Shown here piece by piece: positions 1 to 11,870 of a stretch of DNA of 64,000 nt (the stretch's first letter is position 1; every line of letters begins with the position of its first letter). Origin of the DNA: Schmidtea nova (Eukaryota). The stretch spans positions 13,888,001-13,952,000 of the forward strand of contig CM097882.1 of assembly GCA_044892505.1 (NCBI GenBank), read 5' to 3'. Made by a program: the position numbers and the translations under genes. A model generated the notes under the pieces. It had not been told where the DNA came from, made no database searches, and saw only the letters and a program-made list of their open reading frames with translations.

Positions 1-1
1 T

Positions 2-2665
2 AGAGAAGCAGATGAAATATTCCTCACAGAAGAGAACAGACAAAAAGAATTGATAGAGGAATTTAAAGAGGTATTGTATAAACAACCATTTGATGATAAC
101 GAAACACTGAGAATAATCAATAAAATAAAAGTTAATGGGATTGAATTAGACAAGCTTAGAAATTTGATACCAATGATGGTAAAGAGGCAAAATATAACAA
201 AAGTATTTGAATTGGAAATAGAAATAAAAGAGATGTTAAAATGTTATGGAGAATATATAAGAAAAAACGAAAGATTGCACGAAACACTAAATGTAACGAT
301 CGAGTCAAACGATAACTACTTTTTCAGTAACAAACAACGGGTACATCCCTGCACTAAAGTGAGCAAATTAAAACGAATGGTAAGAGCCAAATGGCCAGGA
401 ACCATAGGAGAGAAAGATGTAATAAAATTATATTTTAACAGAATAGAATTATTAAGTGACGAGTACTTAATCGATTATGGGATAAACCCAATAAGTGATA
501 ATATTGTGGTAGCCACAGTAGAAAAACGAATGATCGATGAAATAGTGACGCCAGTACCGTCGGTTGAGCTGAGTATAAATGAAGAAAACGATTTTGATAG
601 ATTATTTAGGCTATGGGATAAATCACCTAGCGAAACAAAGAAATCAGTAATGGATGAAGAAATTATATTTAAACCTATAGATGAAAAGTATAGTAACTTA
701 CAAGAAACAATAGAAAGAATAGCTGAGGAAGCAAAAACAAAAGATGCAGAAACATCAAAACGAGGTAGAGGAAGACCTCGAAAATCAGAAATAATAGATA
801 AATCGGAGAATAGAAAGACAGCAGAACGATTAAGAGAGATTACAAATCAACATAAACATGAACAACCAGAGTATCAAGACGATAATAATGACGTAAACAA
901 AATAAAAGAAGTAATAAAAGCAATGAATATTAAGCTATTTCCAGAAACAAAGCCAACAGTACTAATTGAAAATATAACTGAAAGGATGATGTTAATTAAA
1001 AAGGATACTAAAGAACTAGCTACAGAGGAAGCAAATGAAAAAACAGTGTTAAAAATCCTGTTTAATACAGGGATAGATAAAGATAAAATAATAACGGCCA
1101 TGGCATACTTGGCCGCAAGATATAAAAAGCTCATAAAGGAAAATCCAAAAGAGCAATTAGAAAAAGTAGCAACAATGATGTTTAAAAGATTGAAAGTAGA
1201 GGCAATACCATGGATAAAAAAGAAAGGAGGATGGAAAGTATTATATGATAAAGATACGACGAATAAAGAGAGTGATACAGATGATGTAATAAAACAATTA
1301 ATAAAGAAAGCAACAGTAAAACCAAAGACAGAGAGTAAATCGATAACCTCCATAGTAATAGTCATAATCACTTTGTTATTAGATTTAATCAAGGGGGGCA
1401 ATGCAATGGTAGCATATGATTGTCAAAATCCAAAGTGGGGACAAAAATACTCACTGTTAGATGTTGAAAATTGCCCTGAAGCAAATCCAACTAAATTAAT
1501 CATGTCAGAGCCTCAAATATTCCATGTTTATCAAGAATCAGACTTTATTCATACAGAGGCTAAAGAGTGCATAGTAAAGTATCAGGAGGAAGCATATATA
1601 TGTCATGTTGGGGCAAGAACAGTGTTAAAACCTACGTGGACACCCGAAGCAGTAATATTGTCGCCAATAGAGTGTGAAGATGCATTTAAAACAAAGAAAG
1701 TAAAATATAGCGGTCATAAAGGAATAGAACTAGAAGCAAGGATAGGGGCAAAAATGAGACAAGATGTAAATGTTGTGGGATGGACATCAAAAGGAGGATA
1801 TTGTGAAGGAGGAGAATATACAATATGGGGCGAAAAACTGAGTAATGTTGTAGTAAGGAGACACTACATGGTAGAACTGAGAAAGTTCAAAGCATCATTC
1901 GACAGCAGCTCAAAGAAAATGATGATATACAAATTTTGTAGATTAGAAGAATCTTATTGCGATACAGGAGAATCAATGCTAATATACAAAATAGATAAAT
2001 ACGATTGTCAGTTAACAAAATTAAAATCATTAAAATTTAGGGAAATCAAAGGAAAACAGTTCACAGAAGTAGACTCAAAAAGGGTGAGAGATCAAAAAAG
2101 GAAAACAACAATTGTACAAGAAAAAGATACACCAACAATATATATGTCAGAATCTGAAAACGAAGCAATGAGGTTCGTTAGTAAAAGGAAAAGTGTAAAA
2201 TGTGGTAAGGAAATAATACAAACTAATTATGAAGGGATATACATAAGCAAAGAAGAAGTCAAAGATGCAAAACAAAAAGTAAATAAATTCGACGTCAAAC
2301 TTGCATCATACTTCAACAATAAAATCGATTTTTTCTATCATAACCAACTAGTACAATTAGATAAAGTATATCAATCAACAATTATGAGCGATTGCAAACT
2401 CAACAGAGAAATATTAAGGACAAAAATGGCAGTGGCGGTAACAAACCCAGATTTAATGGCACCAATAATCTTCTCAGAAGAAGGAACATTTGCAAGGATA
2501 GTAGGAGAAGTGATACAGACATTTCAATGTAAACCTGTTAGTGTATCGTTAGCAACAAATAATCAGTGCACTAATGAATTACCGGTAATATATAAAGGAG
2601 AAAGGGTATACCTTCAACCAATTACTAGAATATTAACAGAAAAAACATATATACCGAGAAAATAG
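2..2665 (+). pseudogene. Element A polyprotein N-terminal part: ubiquitin-like (~290-530), AT-hook (~760-785), Bcl-2-like (~890-1250), signal/anchor (~1345-1405), chuvirus-like glycoprotein ectodomain (from ~1406)
   Basis: Frame is open from position 2. Motifs: VHPCTKVSKLKRMV...KLYFNRIELLSDEYLIDYGI (Ubl); RGRGRPRK; LFNTGIDKDKIITAMAY and PWIKKKGGW (BH1/BH2); AYDC...SLLDVENC...ECIVK (Mono/Chu-type G). Ends in a one-base frameshift at ~2660. Confidence 0.8.
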
Positions 2666-3799
2666 AAAAATGCACTAACCTATTAGACCCATTATACAAA
2701 ATAAATGACGAAATGTGGATATCTATGTCAGATAGAAAGGAGGCAATGAAACCACTCAAATTAGAACTCATAGAGCTAGAAAAAAGATTAGAGTTTAAAG
2801 AAATCAACGATATGGACAGCAAGGGTATATATACGAGAGAAGCTATAGAAAGTGCAAGAAAACACATGTTATTTCCAAACGAAAAAGAAAGAGTACTTTC
2901 AATAATGGTTAACAGAGTTATCGAAGGAAGTTACGGAGGAAATTACAACTTTGATGTGTTATTATCAAAAGAATACTTTAAAAAAGTAGCATATAAAGTA
3001 CTATATAGCATATGGGGATACTTTGCAGTCCTTGGAAACATGTTTTCTACAATCTTAGGTATATATTATACGGTTGCATTACTAAAAATGATATGTTCTT
3101 CTCTAGTATCACTGAGACAGCTAAAACAAGTATTTGGAAATTCATATAAATTATTAGCATGTTTGTGCCCATTTATAGCTAAATATCTTATTACGGCGAA
3201 ACACGACAAGGAAATACGTTTAATAAAAGTCCAAAGGAATGAAGAAAGGCAATTATTGGTAGATGATGAAAACGATGAGGAAATAATTAAAGCGCATATA
3301 TCACATGAAGGAAATGTACCACAACAAGGACTATATGAAAACCAAAGAGAACAACTAAAAGAGCTACAAGAAAATATAGAAATCAAAATTCCTAGAGAAA
3401 ACAAGAATTGTCACTGTGAACCTAAAAAGATATATGGTTGTTATAGCTTAGAAGTCGAAACAATGGAACGATTAGATGCAGCAAACGAAGCAAGACCAAG
3501 ACTTAAAATAATTATAAACAATATAATCATAAATGCATTAGTAGATACAGGAGCAGCAACATCCTTAATTAGAGAAGATCAACTGACAGATGATCAGAAA
3601 AGAAATATTATGAGCACAACGGATAAAGTAGTATCGTTATCAGCACATTGTATTCCACTAAAGGGAGACATAGAACTAATAGTCGAAACACCAGAACAGG
3701 TAATAAACCACATATTTAAAGTGGTGCAAGAATGTAATAGCATATGTATATTGGGAATCGATATACTCAACAAGTTAGAAAATTGCATTATAGATTTAA
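2641..3799 (+). pseudogene. Element A polyprotein continuation: glycoprotein C-terminus with TM segments, then retropepsin protease (first copy, cut by the insertion)
   Basis: The shifted frame reads IEKCTNLLDPLYKINDEMW...; hydrophobic YSIWGYFAVLGNMFSTILGIYYTVALL; ALVDTGAATSLI. Confidence 0.85.
2848..3799 (+). repeat. 952-bp direct repeat, left copy (partner 11871-12822)
   Basis: Both copies run from GAAAGTGCAAG to ATAGATTTAA and their translations are identical. Confidence 0.95.
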
Positions 3800-4472
3800 T
3801 AATTAATAAAATTTTATTTCAATAAAATATGATAATTTTCCAATGGGACATAGCTCAACATGGAGCATCCCATACTGACAATATTCTAGGGCAGAAGAGT
3901 CTGAAATATCTGGATCAATTGGATGATATTCAGGGTTTTCTCGACTCGATTGTCACTCGAATTTGCCTGTATTGTCCCTGGCAGTGAATGTGATCTTCAT
4001 CGGATTTGGATTCCGGCATTGCAATATTGGATAAACTTCTCTTTGATTTCGAACAATCGGAATCATTGAGGTGTTCTATTGTCACTTGAAATTGTTTGTA
4101 TTGTCGTCAGTGGTAAAGGTATTCTTCTTTAGATTTAAATTCCGGATTTTCAGTTCTTAGTAAGTTTCTCCAGATTTTGTCAAGTATTCGAAAATGTACA
4201 ATAATTATCTTTAGGTTTTCTTTAAAGATTAAAATTTCCTTTTGATTAAGCTAAAGGAAAAATAATAATTAGCTAGACGCTGTTCCTGGACGAGGAAACA
4301 GTGTTTATTCACCGGAGCAAAACGTCAAGAAAAAGAGGGTAAGATGTTTTCAGGTCAAAGATAGAAATTTATAAACAAAATGAAGTAGTAAATAAGAAAT
4401 AATTAAGAAAGGAAAGAAAAAAGGGTAAATAAAATTGAATCAAGAAAAGAAAAAACCCCTCCAAAACTAACA

Positions 4473-4566
4473 AGCTCATCCACACGAGAGGAGAGAACAC
4501 ATTGTTCATCTCCAAATTTATATTCACCATTAGGCATTTGAGTTTCAGTTGGAATCATTTTTGAAA
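4473..4566 (-). repeat. 94-bp exact repeat of 11781-11874 (encodes the first 29 codons of ORF1)
   Basis: Identical AGCTCATCCACACGAG...ATCATTTTTGAAA. Confidence 0.95.
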
Positions 4567-4732
4567 AGAGAAGAATTAAAAGAGATTATTTAAACAATGC
4601 TATGATATTTCAAACTTTTAATTTAAATTAAAAAAAAAATTAAATAAATATCTAACAAAGTTAAGTAATTGTTATCAAAAATAAAAAAGGAAAAGGAAAT
4701 AAATTTAAAAAAAAAAAAAAAGAAGTTTGAAA

Positions 4733-4852
4733 AGTTTCACAGCACCTCGTATTCCCAGGCGGTCACCCATCCAAGTACTAACGAGGCCTTAACCTGCTTA
4801 ACTTCCGAGATCGAACGACATCGGTTGAATTCAGACTCGTTTAGTTGTTGTT
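4733..4852 (-). rRNA. 5S rRNA: 5S rRNA gene; nt ~19-120 well conserved, 5' ~18 nt replaced or overlapped by the retroelement ORF end
   Basis: Minus strand reads CTGAATTCAACCGATGTCGTTCGATCTCGGAAGTTAAGCAGGTTAAGGCCTCGTTAGTACTTGGATGGGTGACCGCCTGGGAATACGAGGTGCTGTGAAAC, followed by Pol III terminator T-runs. A and C boxes are recognisable. Confidence 0.92.
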
Positions 4853-6241
4853 AATTCGAATGAATTGCTCCTCGTTTTCGAAAATGGGTAGTGTACCATT
4901 CTTGTGGAAGTACCATCGTTTTGCCGAGTGTGCAATATTACTAATTGCACACTTTTTTAATAACCCAGCCACCTGGCCTTTATTTATGCCAATTTTCTGA
5001 AGGATCTGAGGAGTTTCTACAGGAAAAGAGCCAAGAGCGCCTATAATGCAAGTATCGAGTTCAACTTTAAAGTCTGGCTTGACAGTTTGAATATCGATTT
5101 TCAGAGAGTTGTAATTTTCCAAATTCAATAAATTTACACGCTCAAAGTTACATAAAGAATCACTCGGACATTTAAGGTCAACAAGGAAGATTCTTTTTCT
5201 AAGAACATCAGTTATCAGCAAATCCACCCGCTCTTTAGAACTCGGAACAAGTGAACAGGCATGGTTGACAACAACAATTAGGTTTTTATTAAGTTGGAGA
5301 TGATTAGAAATGAGTTTAAGGCAAGCATCGTGTCGTTCAGAGCCCAAAGTCATATGAACTTTGCACGATTGAAGTACATGTGATGAGGTTTCATCCTCAT
5401 CATGACATCGACGACAGAGTCTTTTCTCTCCACTATTATAAGGCTTTGCAAGGGTGGAAAGAGTGTTGGTGCGTGCTCTATGGACAAAGTTCCAAGCAAA
5501 CTCGGATAAATCACTGCGATAGATAGCTTTGTTTACTGTCGGTGAAAGCTTTACAGATGAAGCGATAATGTTTGAGACACAGCTTTTTTCCCATTTAACC
5601 AAGTATGAATCATTGAGCGCTAAGTGCAACACTTTTGCCGTGGTCTCACGTTCGTCCGGAGTTACAATACATGTACCACGTGCGTTCGTATTAATATAGA
5701 GACATAGTACATTATTGGTGATAGTAAAAGTGATGTTGATGTCGTGCGTCTTCTCAAAAAAAGCAATCGCAATCCTGGCTCTTTGAAATCGAGTTTTCTT
5801 TCCAGAATGGGGAGAAAGAGACTCTTTTCCATTGAGCCATTCAAGACTTTCCTGAAGAGTTGGATTTTTTATCCCAAGACGTGGACTGGTGATAAAAGCT
5901 AAAGAGTCAAGATTAATTTTCCTTGTAAAGTCACACTGTGACGTGATTAATCGAAAAAAGTGTGTGATAGTCTGTGTGTGATATTCGTCGAGGAGATCAA
6001 CACAGTTTGCTCCCCCATTTTCAGTTGAATTGTAGAAATAACTCACTTCCGAGTGATTAGGCAAAAGCAGCATTTTTCTTAAGGTTTTCCTTAACTGGCT
6101 AGTGATGTTAACTGAAAGATTTTTATTATCATAAGATTTTGAAAGTGCACTAGTTTTAATTTCACGGGTTCTAAAAGGGAAGATCAAGCGAGAATGGATA
6201 AATACTTTGTAAGCTTTAAGTTTTTGCCACCCAAGCAAATC
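4841..6241 (-). pseudogene. NeSL-like ORF2 C-terminal part: RT thumb, CCHC knuckle, RLE endonuclease
   Basis: GGANCVDL, CRRCHDEDETSSHVLQSC, RHDACL, ERVDLLI, LVDLKCP. Confidence 0.9.
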
Positions 6242-9200
6242 CTAATCAGCAAGTTTTTTGGTGTCTTTGAGTGCCTCCAGTAGAATGTCGTAAGGACTTT
6301 GGTCAGTTCCTTCGCCAACTGGCACACCTAGGTATTGATAAAATTCATTAGACAGTAGTTTTTTTATTTTAACTCCATTGATTGAAATTTCACTGTCAAT
6401 GTGAATTCTAGGAAGTTGCAGATAAGCACATTTCTCTGGCCGATATTCAAAGCCTATATTGGTTGCAGTTGTGACAGCAGTGTTAATGAGTTTTTGCAGG
6501 TCATTAGGAGATTTAGCGAAAATTGCGATGTCATCTGCATACGCGAGAATTTTGACAGATGATTCTCCAATAGCAAAAGCATCACAGACTGTTCTGGAAA
6601 CAGCTTCCAACACAGGATTAATCGCCAAAGCAAACAAAATCATGGAGATGGGACATCCTTGCTTGACACCCTTTTTAATTGGGATCTTTGGTGTCAGAAT
6701 AGGACCACAACTATAGAAGGAGCTTGTGTCAGAATATAAAAGTTCTAAGATGGAGGTAAAGTCTTCACTTACCCCAGTGTATCGGAGTAAGGACCACATG
6801 TAATCATGTGGGACACTACCAAAAGCATCTTTTATGTCGAGCCAAGCAATGGAAAGAGGACAGTTTTTACTATATTTGGAATGTTCCAGAGCAGCAGACA
6901 GAATCGAGTTGTGTTCAACGCAACCTTCATGTTGGGAGCCACCTTTTTGTCCAACATGTAATAGTTTATTAGAGTTTATCCAGCGTGCAAGACGAGAGGC
7001 TAGACAGGACGCAAAAACTTTGTAGATGACGGATAGCAAGGCAATCGGGCGCCAGGATGATATATCTGAATATTTATCATTTTTATTAGGTTTCGGGATT
7101 AGAGTGGTTTTGTAGACCTTCCAACTGTCCGGTATGGACTTCTCTGTAATGATCTTGTTGAACAAGAAAGTAAGTATATGACCATCAGGATCTAGACGCA
7201 ACAAGTCACGATATTGTAATCCATCAATACCAGGACTAGTGTTGTCAGCCCTCCTAAGTTCATACATCACTTCCCTATTCGAGAAGCATTTCAGAGGAAG
7301 TACATTTTGAGAGTGTTTACAAAAGTCAAATAGTTTCTCCCAATGCCCACGTGCAGGTGTTTCATGAGAAAAGTTTTTAACTATGTTCTGAAAAGTTGGT
7401 CGAGCCGGTACATCGAAATTGTTGATGACCTTATTGACAGCTGACTTCATATCTTTCATGAATAAATCGATCAATTTATTTTTGCTAATTTTAGAAGTTT
7501 TAATTTTGGTTCCCAAGTATGGTTTTTTAGCTGGTTTCACTTTTTCAGGGAATTGCTCCATAATCGCGTGAATAATTTCATTTGTGCTATAATTTGCCCA
7601 TTTAATTAAAAATAGTTCAGCATTAGTTCTCTTTTGTTTTATCGGAACTCTCAATATAGCTTTATGAATAATTTTAGTGTTACTTGGGTTTTCTATATTA
7701 TCGTGCTGCCTGACAAAGATAAGCAAAGAGCCAACCACGTCTCCAATCTCGCGCAAGTTTAAATTTACAAGGGGCAAATTTTTCGAGAAATTATTAATAA
7801 ACGCACACAAGAGAATTTTACTAACAAGACCTGAGCTGCGGATGTCATGGGGACATTCAGAAAGATTCAAAACGCGGCCAGGTGTATCTTTTATGTCATT
7901 TATTTTATTTCTCAGAATTCTGCAAGTAGACAGATAATTGTCATTCACAGTTAAAGATGTTGGGTTTACAAGATAAAAGGTGTCAACACTATAATCGAGA
8001 ATGAGCAAAATTTCACGATGTTTAGGGGGAGCAACAATCGCAAAGATGATTTGTGATTTGCATATATTTTCAAAATTCAGAAAATCATTTATGTGTTGAG
8101 TACAATCGTCAAGAATAGCCGTGCACATGGTCACACTCAGTAAAAAAAAAGTCTTGGGTAAATTTAAATTATCAAAAAACATTGAAATTATTTTATCCGA
8201 AATTTTAGAATTAAGTAAGTTTAGATTCTGAGAGATTTCATTTGTTTCCCTTAATTTTATTGAGTTTAATGATTTGTGTATATTTAAAAAATGAATAACT
8301 TTATTAAACAAAAGTTTCTCAAGAAGCTCAATAAAAACCGACGCAAAGAGAATTGTATCATCAGAGATGTTGGGCACCAGTTCCAAGCCGTGGTTAGGTT
8401 TAAAAGAAATGTTTGTTGATAGAAAGAACTTATTCAAGTAGTCAGTAATATTTTCGCCGATGCCAAGTAAACGGTCAGAAATAGGTTTTTCTTGATTGTT
8501 AAAAACGTAACTTGCACCATGTGTAATAGAAAAAAGATATAAACACCAGTAATTATCATTCGGGATAACACTGATGACATGGTTAATCCCTAGAAAATTT
8601 TTTAACGTGACATTTTCTCTAATAAATGAGTTATTTCTAGAGATTATATTTAGTGTAAGTTCTTGGGACAGGACCAAGATGTCTTTATGGTCTTTAAACC
8701 ATTCGGTAATCAAAGACGAGATGCAGGCATTACGTTTCATAAGGAAGATGTGGTCGTGTTTATTAGAAATATTTAGAGTTGTGTCTTTTTTCACTCTCTT
8801 AGGGTTAGTGAGTTTAGATTCACCACCTCCAGATGATTTTGGGACCATGTTATTTAAAGTAAGTTTAAATTGGTAGACATCTTTTCTGATATTTTCTATA
8901 AAATCATCAGGAAATTTTTGCCATGTACCACTTATCATCATAGCATAAGCACAGATGTAAGGCCCACAGTCATAGTTATTATTTTGGTAGACAAAGTTTT
9001 TATGTGGGTGGAAAAATAGTGCAGCTTTAAGGTTAAAAAGACGATTCAAAGCGATTGTAGTTTGAAGAGCGTCGGCTCTATTGGTCAACGAATGGCGGTT
9101 GTTGAAAAGAGGATCTACAAAGTATGAAGTTAAAGAAGTTTTACAATACACAAAAATAATCCAATGAGTTTTATTAATATTTATTGGACATAGTAGAGTT

Positions 9201-9466
9201 TGCGCAGATATTACTCTGTCTGGCATTCGAAAAATGGTTTCGCAAAGATTTGCCCGTAAGATTTCTATTTGAAAGCATTTTATTGGAGCAAATTTAGGGT
9301 CATTGATATGACATTCAAGATAGTTATCAATGTCATCATCAGTAAACCATATTTTAGGGTCACGCAATATATTTGTGATTTTAGATGGTTTAAATTTTTT
9401 GGGAAATGTGCTGTCTGCATCAGTCTCTGTTGAGATTGGGGCAGATATTGAGACTGGTGCAGGCAC
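6242..9466 (-). pseudogene. NeSL-like ORF2: Ulp1/C48 protease domain(s) + reverse transcriptase, cut by in-frame TAG
   Basis: RT motifs as above. TAG at 6244-6242 is followed in frame by DLLGWQKLKAY. Confidence 0.92.
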
Positions 9467-9472
9467 ACAACT

Positions 9473-11866
9473 TCATTTGTTTTTGATAGCCGTACGTTTG
9501 GGTTTTTTAATAGGCTTTTTCGAAGAGTCTTGAGACTCACTATCAATTAATTCAGTGTTTGATGTCAAATTTTCATCAATATCGACAGGAAGTTTATTTG
9601 TAGGGTTTTCTACCAAATTGTAATTTATTTCGGCTTCATCGCATTCAGGAATAGAAAAAAGAGGCTCGTTTACAAGCTTTTCAGTATTCTCATTGTTCCC
9701 CATCACAGGCTTATCAACCTTTTCTATAGCAGGTTTTTCATTGACAGTTAGCTTAATAGAGCATAAGATTCTAGATATACCTTCGCTCATTTCTGGAGTA
9801 CAAATCTTTCTACAGTACTTGGGAACGCGGAAAGTAAATTTATTTTTTAAAAGAAAAGTTTTTTTATCTCTAATAAGAAAGAATAAGAGTCTTTTCGCTT
9901 TCAAGGTGTTTGAGTTATCCAAATCGTCTTGGAATTCGTTAATTCCACGTCCTATATTTTCAAGTGCCGTTAGTTGTTGTGCTTTATTTGGCAAAAGATT
10001 TTCGATAGAATCAAAGAAGTTGTTAATATCCAAAATAGTTTTTGGAGAGATGATGTTGTTTATTTTATCGATCTCTTGAAGTATAAAAGTTTGTTTGAGT
10101 TTTAGGAAGCGCTCTTGGCAGCTTTTGTTATAATAGGAGTTGGTAGGTAGTTTTTTAATTAGTTCCATAGCCCAGGATTCAATATTATCGCAGCATAAGG
10201 AGTCTACACTCTCAAGCTTCACAATCGAGTGCATTAGGAAGCAGTTACGAATGTAATTATAAACATATATATTAAATGATAAATTTATTTTGCATTTTAA
10301 AGATCCCTGTAAGTTTAGGTAATTTAAGTAAAATATTATATTTATTAATTTCTCAGGTGACTGAGGCTGTTTTAATAATTTATTGAACTCAATGTCCACA
10401 TTTGACATTTCTACAAAGTCTAATAAGCCAAGATTAAACATTATGTCAGACGCACCATTATCGTGCAGTCCAACAGAGTTTTGAAAAATTTTATTTTTAA
10501 CAAATTTACCCCCAACAAATGAAATCTCATTAGGAAAATGTTTTATAGTTTTTAATTCTTTAATTAAATTAATTAATAAATCAGGATACCTGTTCACGTT
10601 TTCCATAAAGTAGAGCTTTGGAATTTCAGGAAAGGATCTTGTTAATTCTTCCAATTCAGAGCGAGAAAGATCGATTGGGTTTAGATCAGTGCTGTCGCCA
10701 ACTAATTCATCGGAATTAATAAGGTCTAACAGAAGAAACTCTCCATTTGAATACTTTAACTGAGAATTGATTAAGAAATTCGGAATCTCTCCACTTTGTT
10801 TTAGTTCGTCTAAAATTTTATTAATTCGGATCTCCCGATCCTTAACATTTTTTATCGTAATAGTTCCTGAAAATCTTTTTGTGAGGGCATAAAGAAACTT
10901 CTTTATGCAAAGAGAGGCAGGAATAAACTTATTACGGTTACTCAAGGGTTCAATAACTTTGGAGCCTATTAGGTAAGTTTTATTTTTAGATTTTTTACCA
11001 TCAAGAGCGTTTGGTTTGTAATCAGTGGGCCCAAACTCAATTAGGACACAAATATATCTATTTCTATAAAAGAGCTTACTAAATCCAGCGATACCCAGCA
11101 AGTTGTCCGTTCTCGGAATTTTACTTAGTAAATTATTTATTTTAGAAAATTTCTGTGCTGAATCTCTTAATTTAATCAATTGGGAAAGTTGTGGGAATGA
11201 TTCAAAAAGTTTTTGTCTTTCTCTTTTATAAAGGTGACGTGGGAAACTCGTTAAGAAACGTTCAACCTTTGAAAAATGTTTTACATGACTTATATCAGGA
11301 TTTTCCCCATCAAACTTAATCTTAACTATGGAATTTGACTTCTCAGGTTCAGCAGACTTCTTTTCTACTTCCACTCCCACAAAAAAACTTTCATTTGATT
11401 TTCCATTGATCGAATTGTCCAGTTTAAGCTCTGGAAAATCAACTTTTTCTGAATATGCTGAAATCAACTGAGATTTATTTTTATTATCATTTTTAAATAA
11501 ACTAATTTTTATCTGGGACGGCTCAATTTTATCCCCTTTCAAGTCCCCGACCAGAGAAATCCTCCTATTATCTCCAAAAGTAAATCCATCAACATTTGGG
11601 TGCTGATCCACAGATCGAACACTATCAGCATTTCCAATCTCATACAATCGTTGCGATTTCGCAAGATTGTCAAAAAAAGAAACATTATTTTTATCAAAAA
11701 ATTGTGTTTCATTGTTATTTAAATTTAAAAAATTAACAATCAAATCAAGCTTACTAAGGATTTTCTTGAAAGAAGCATCCAGCTCATCCACACGAGAGGA
11801 GAGAACACATTGTTCATCTCCAAATTTATATTCACCATTAGGCATTTGAGTTTCAGTTGGAATCAT
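9473..11866 (-). CDS. NeSL-like element ORF1 / N-terminal region (~800 aa, no recognised domain)
   Basis: Long ORF, same frame as ORF2, separated from it by a single TGA. Confidence 0.7.
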   Translation of the reverse strand: MIPTETQMPNGEYKFGDEQCVLSSRVDELDASFKKILSKLDLIVNFLNLNNNETQFFDKNNVSFFDNLAKSQRLYEIGNADSVRSVDQHPNVDGFTFGDNRRISLVGDLKGDKIEPSQIKISLFKNDNKNKSQLISAYSEKVDFPELKLDNSINGKSNESFFVGVEVEKKSAEPEKSNSIVKIKFDGENPDISHVKHFSKVERFLTSFPRHLYKRERQKLFESFPQLSQLIKLRDSAQKFSKINNLLSKIPRTDNLLGIAGFSKLFYRNRYICVLIEFGPTDYKPNALDGKKSKNKTYLIGSKVIEPLSNRNKFIPASLCIKKFLYALTKRFSGTITIKNVKDREIRINKILDELKQSGEIPNFLINSQLKYSNGEFLLLDLINSDELVGDSTDLNPIDLSRSELEELTRSFPEIPKLYFMENVNRYPDLLINLIKELKTIKHFPNEISFVGGKFVKNKIFQNSVGLHDNGASDIMFNLGLLDFVEMSNVDIEFNKLLKQPQSPEKLINIIFYLNYLNLQGSLKCKINLSFNIYVYNYIRNCFLMHSIVKLESVDSLCCDNIESWAMELIKKLPTNSYYNKSCQERFLKLKQTFILQEIDKINNIISPKTILDINNFFDSIENLLPNKAQQLTALENIGRGINEFQDDLDNSNTLKAKRLLFFLIRDKKTFLLKNKFTFRVPKYCRKICTPEMSEGISRILCSIKLTVNEKPAIEKVDKPVMGNNENTEKLVNEPLFSIPECDEAEINYNLVENPTNKLPVDIDENLTSNTELIDSESQDSSKKPIKKPKRTAIKNK

Positions 11867-11870
11867 TTTT

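Noticed and set aside
2655-2670. Programmed -1 ribosomal frameshift
   Set aside because: No X XXY YYZ slippery heptamer, and the shift falls mid-glycoprotein; a one-base loss explains it better.
4585-4625. 5' fragment of 5S (nt 1-15) upstream of the repeated ORF1 start
   Set aside because: TCATAGC could pair with the 5S 3' end, but the following bases do not match 5S; likely chance.
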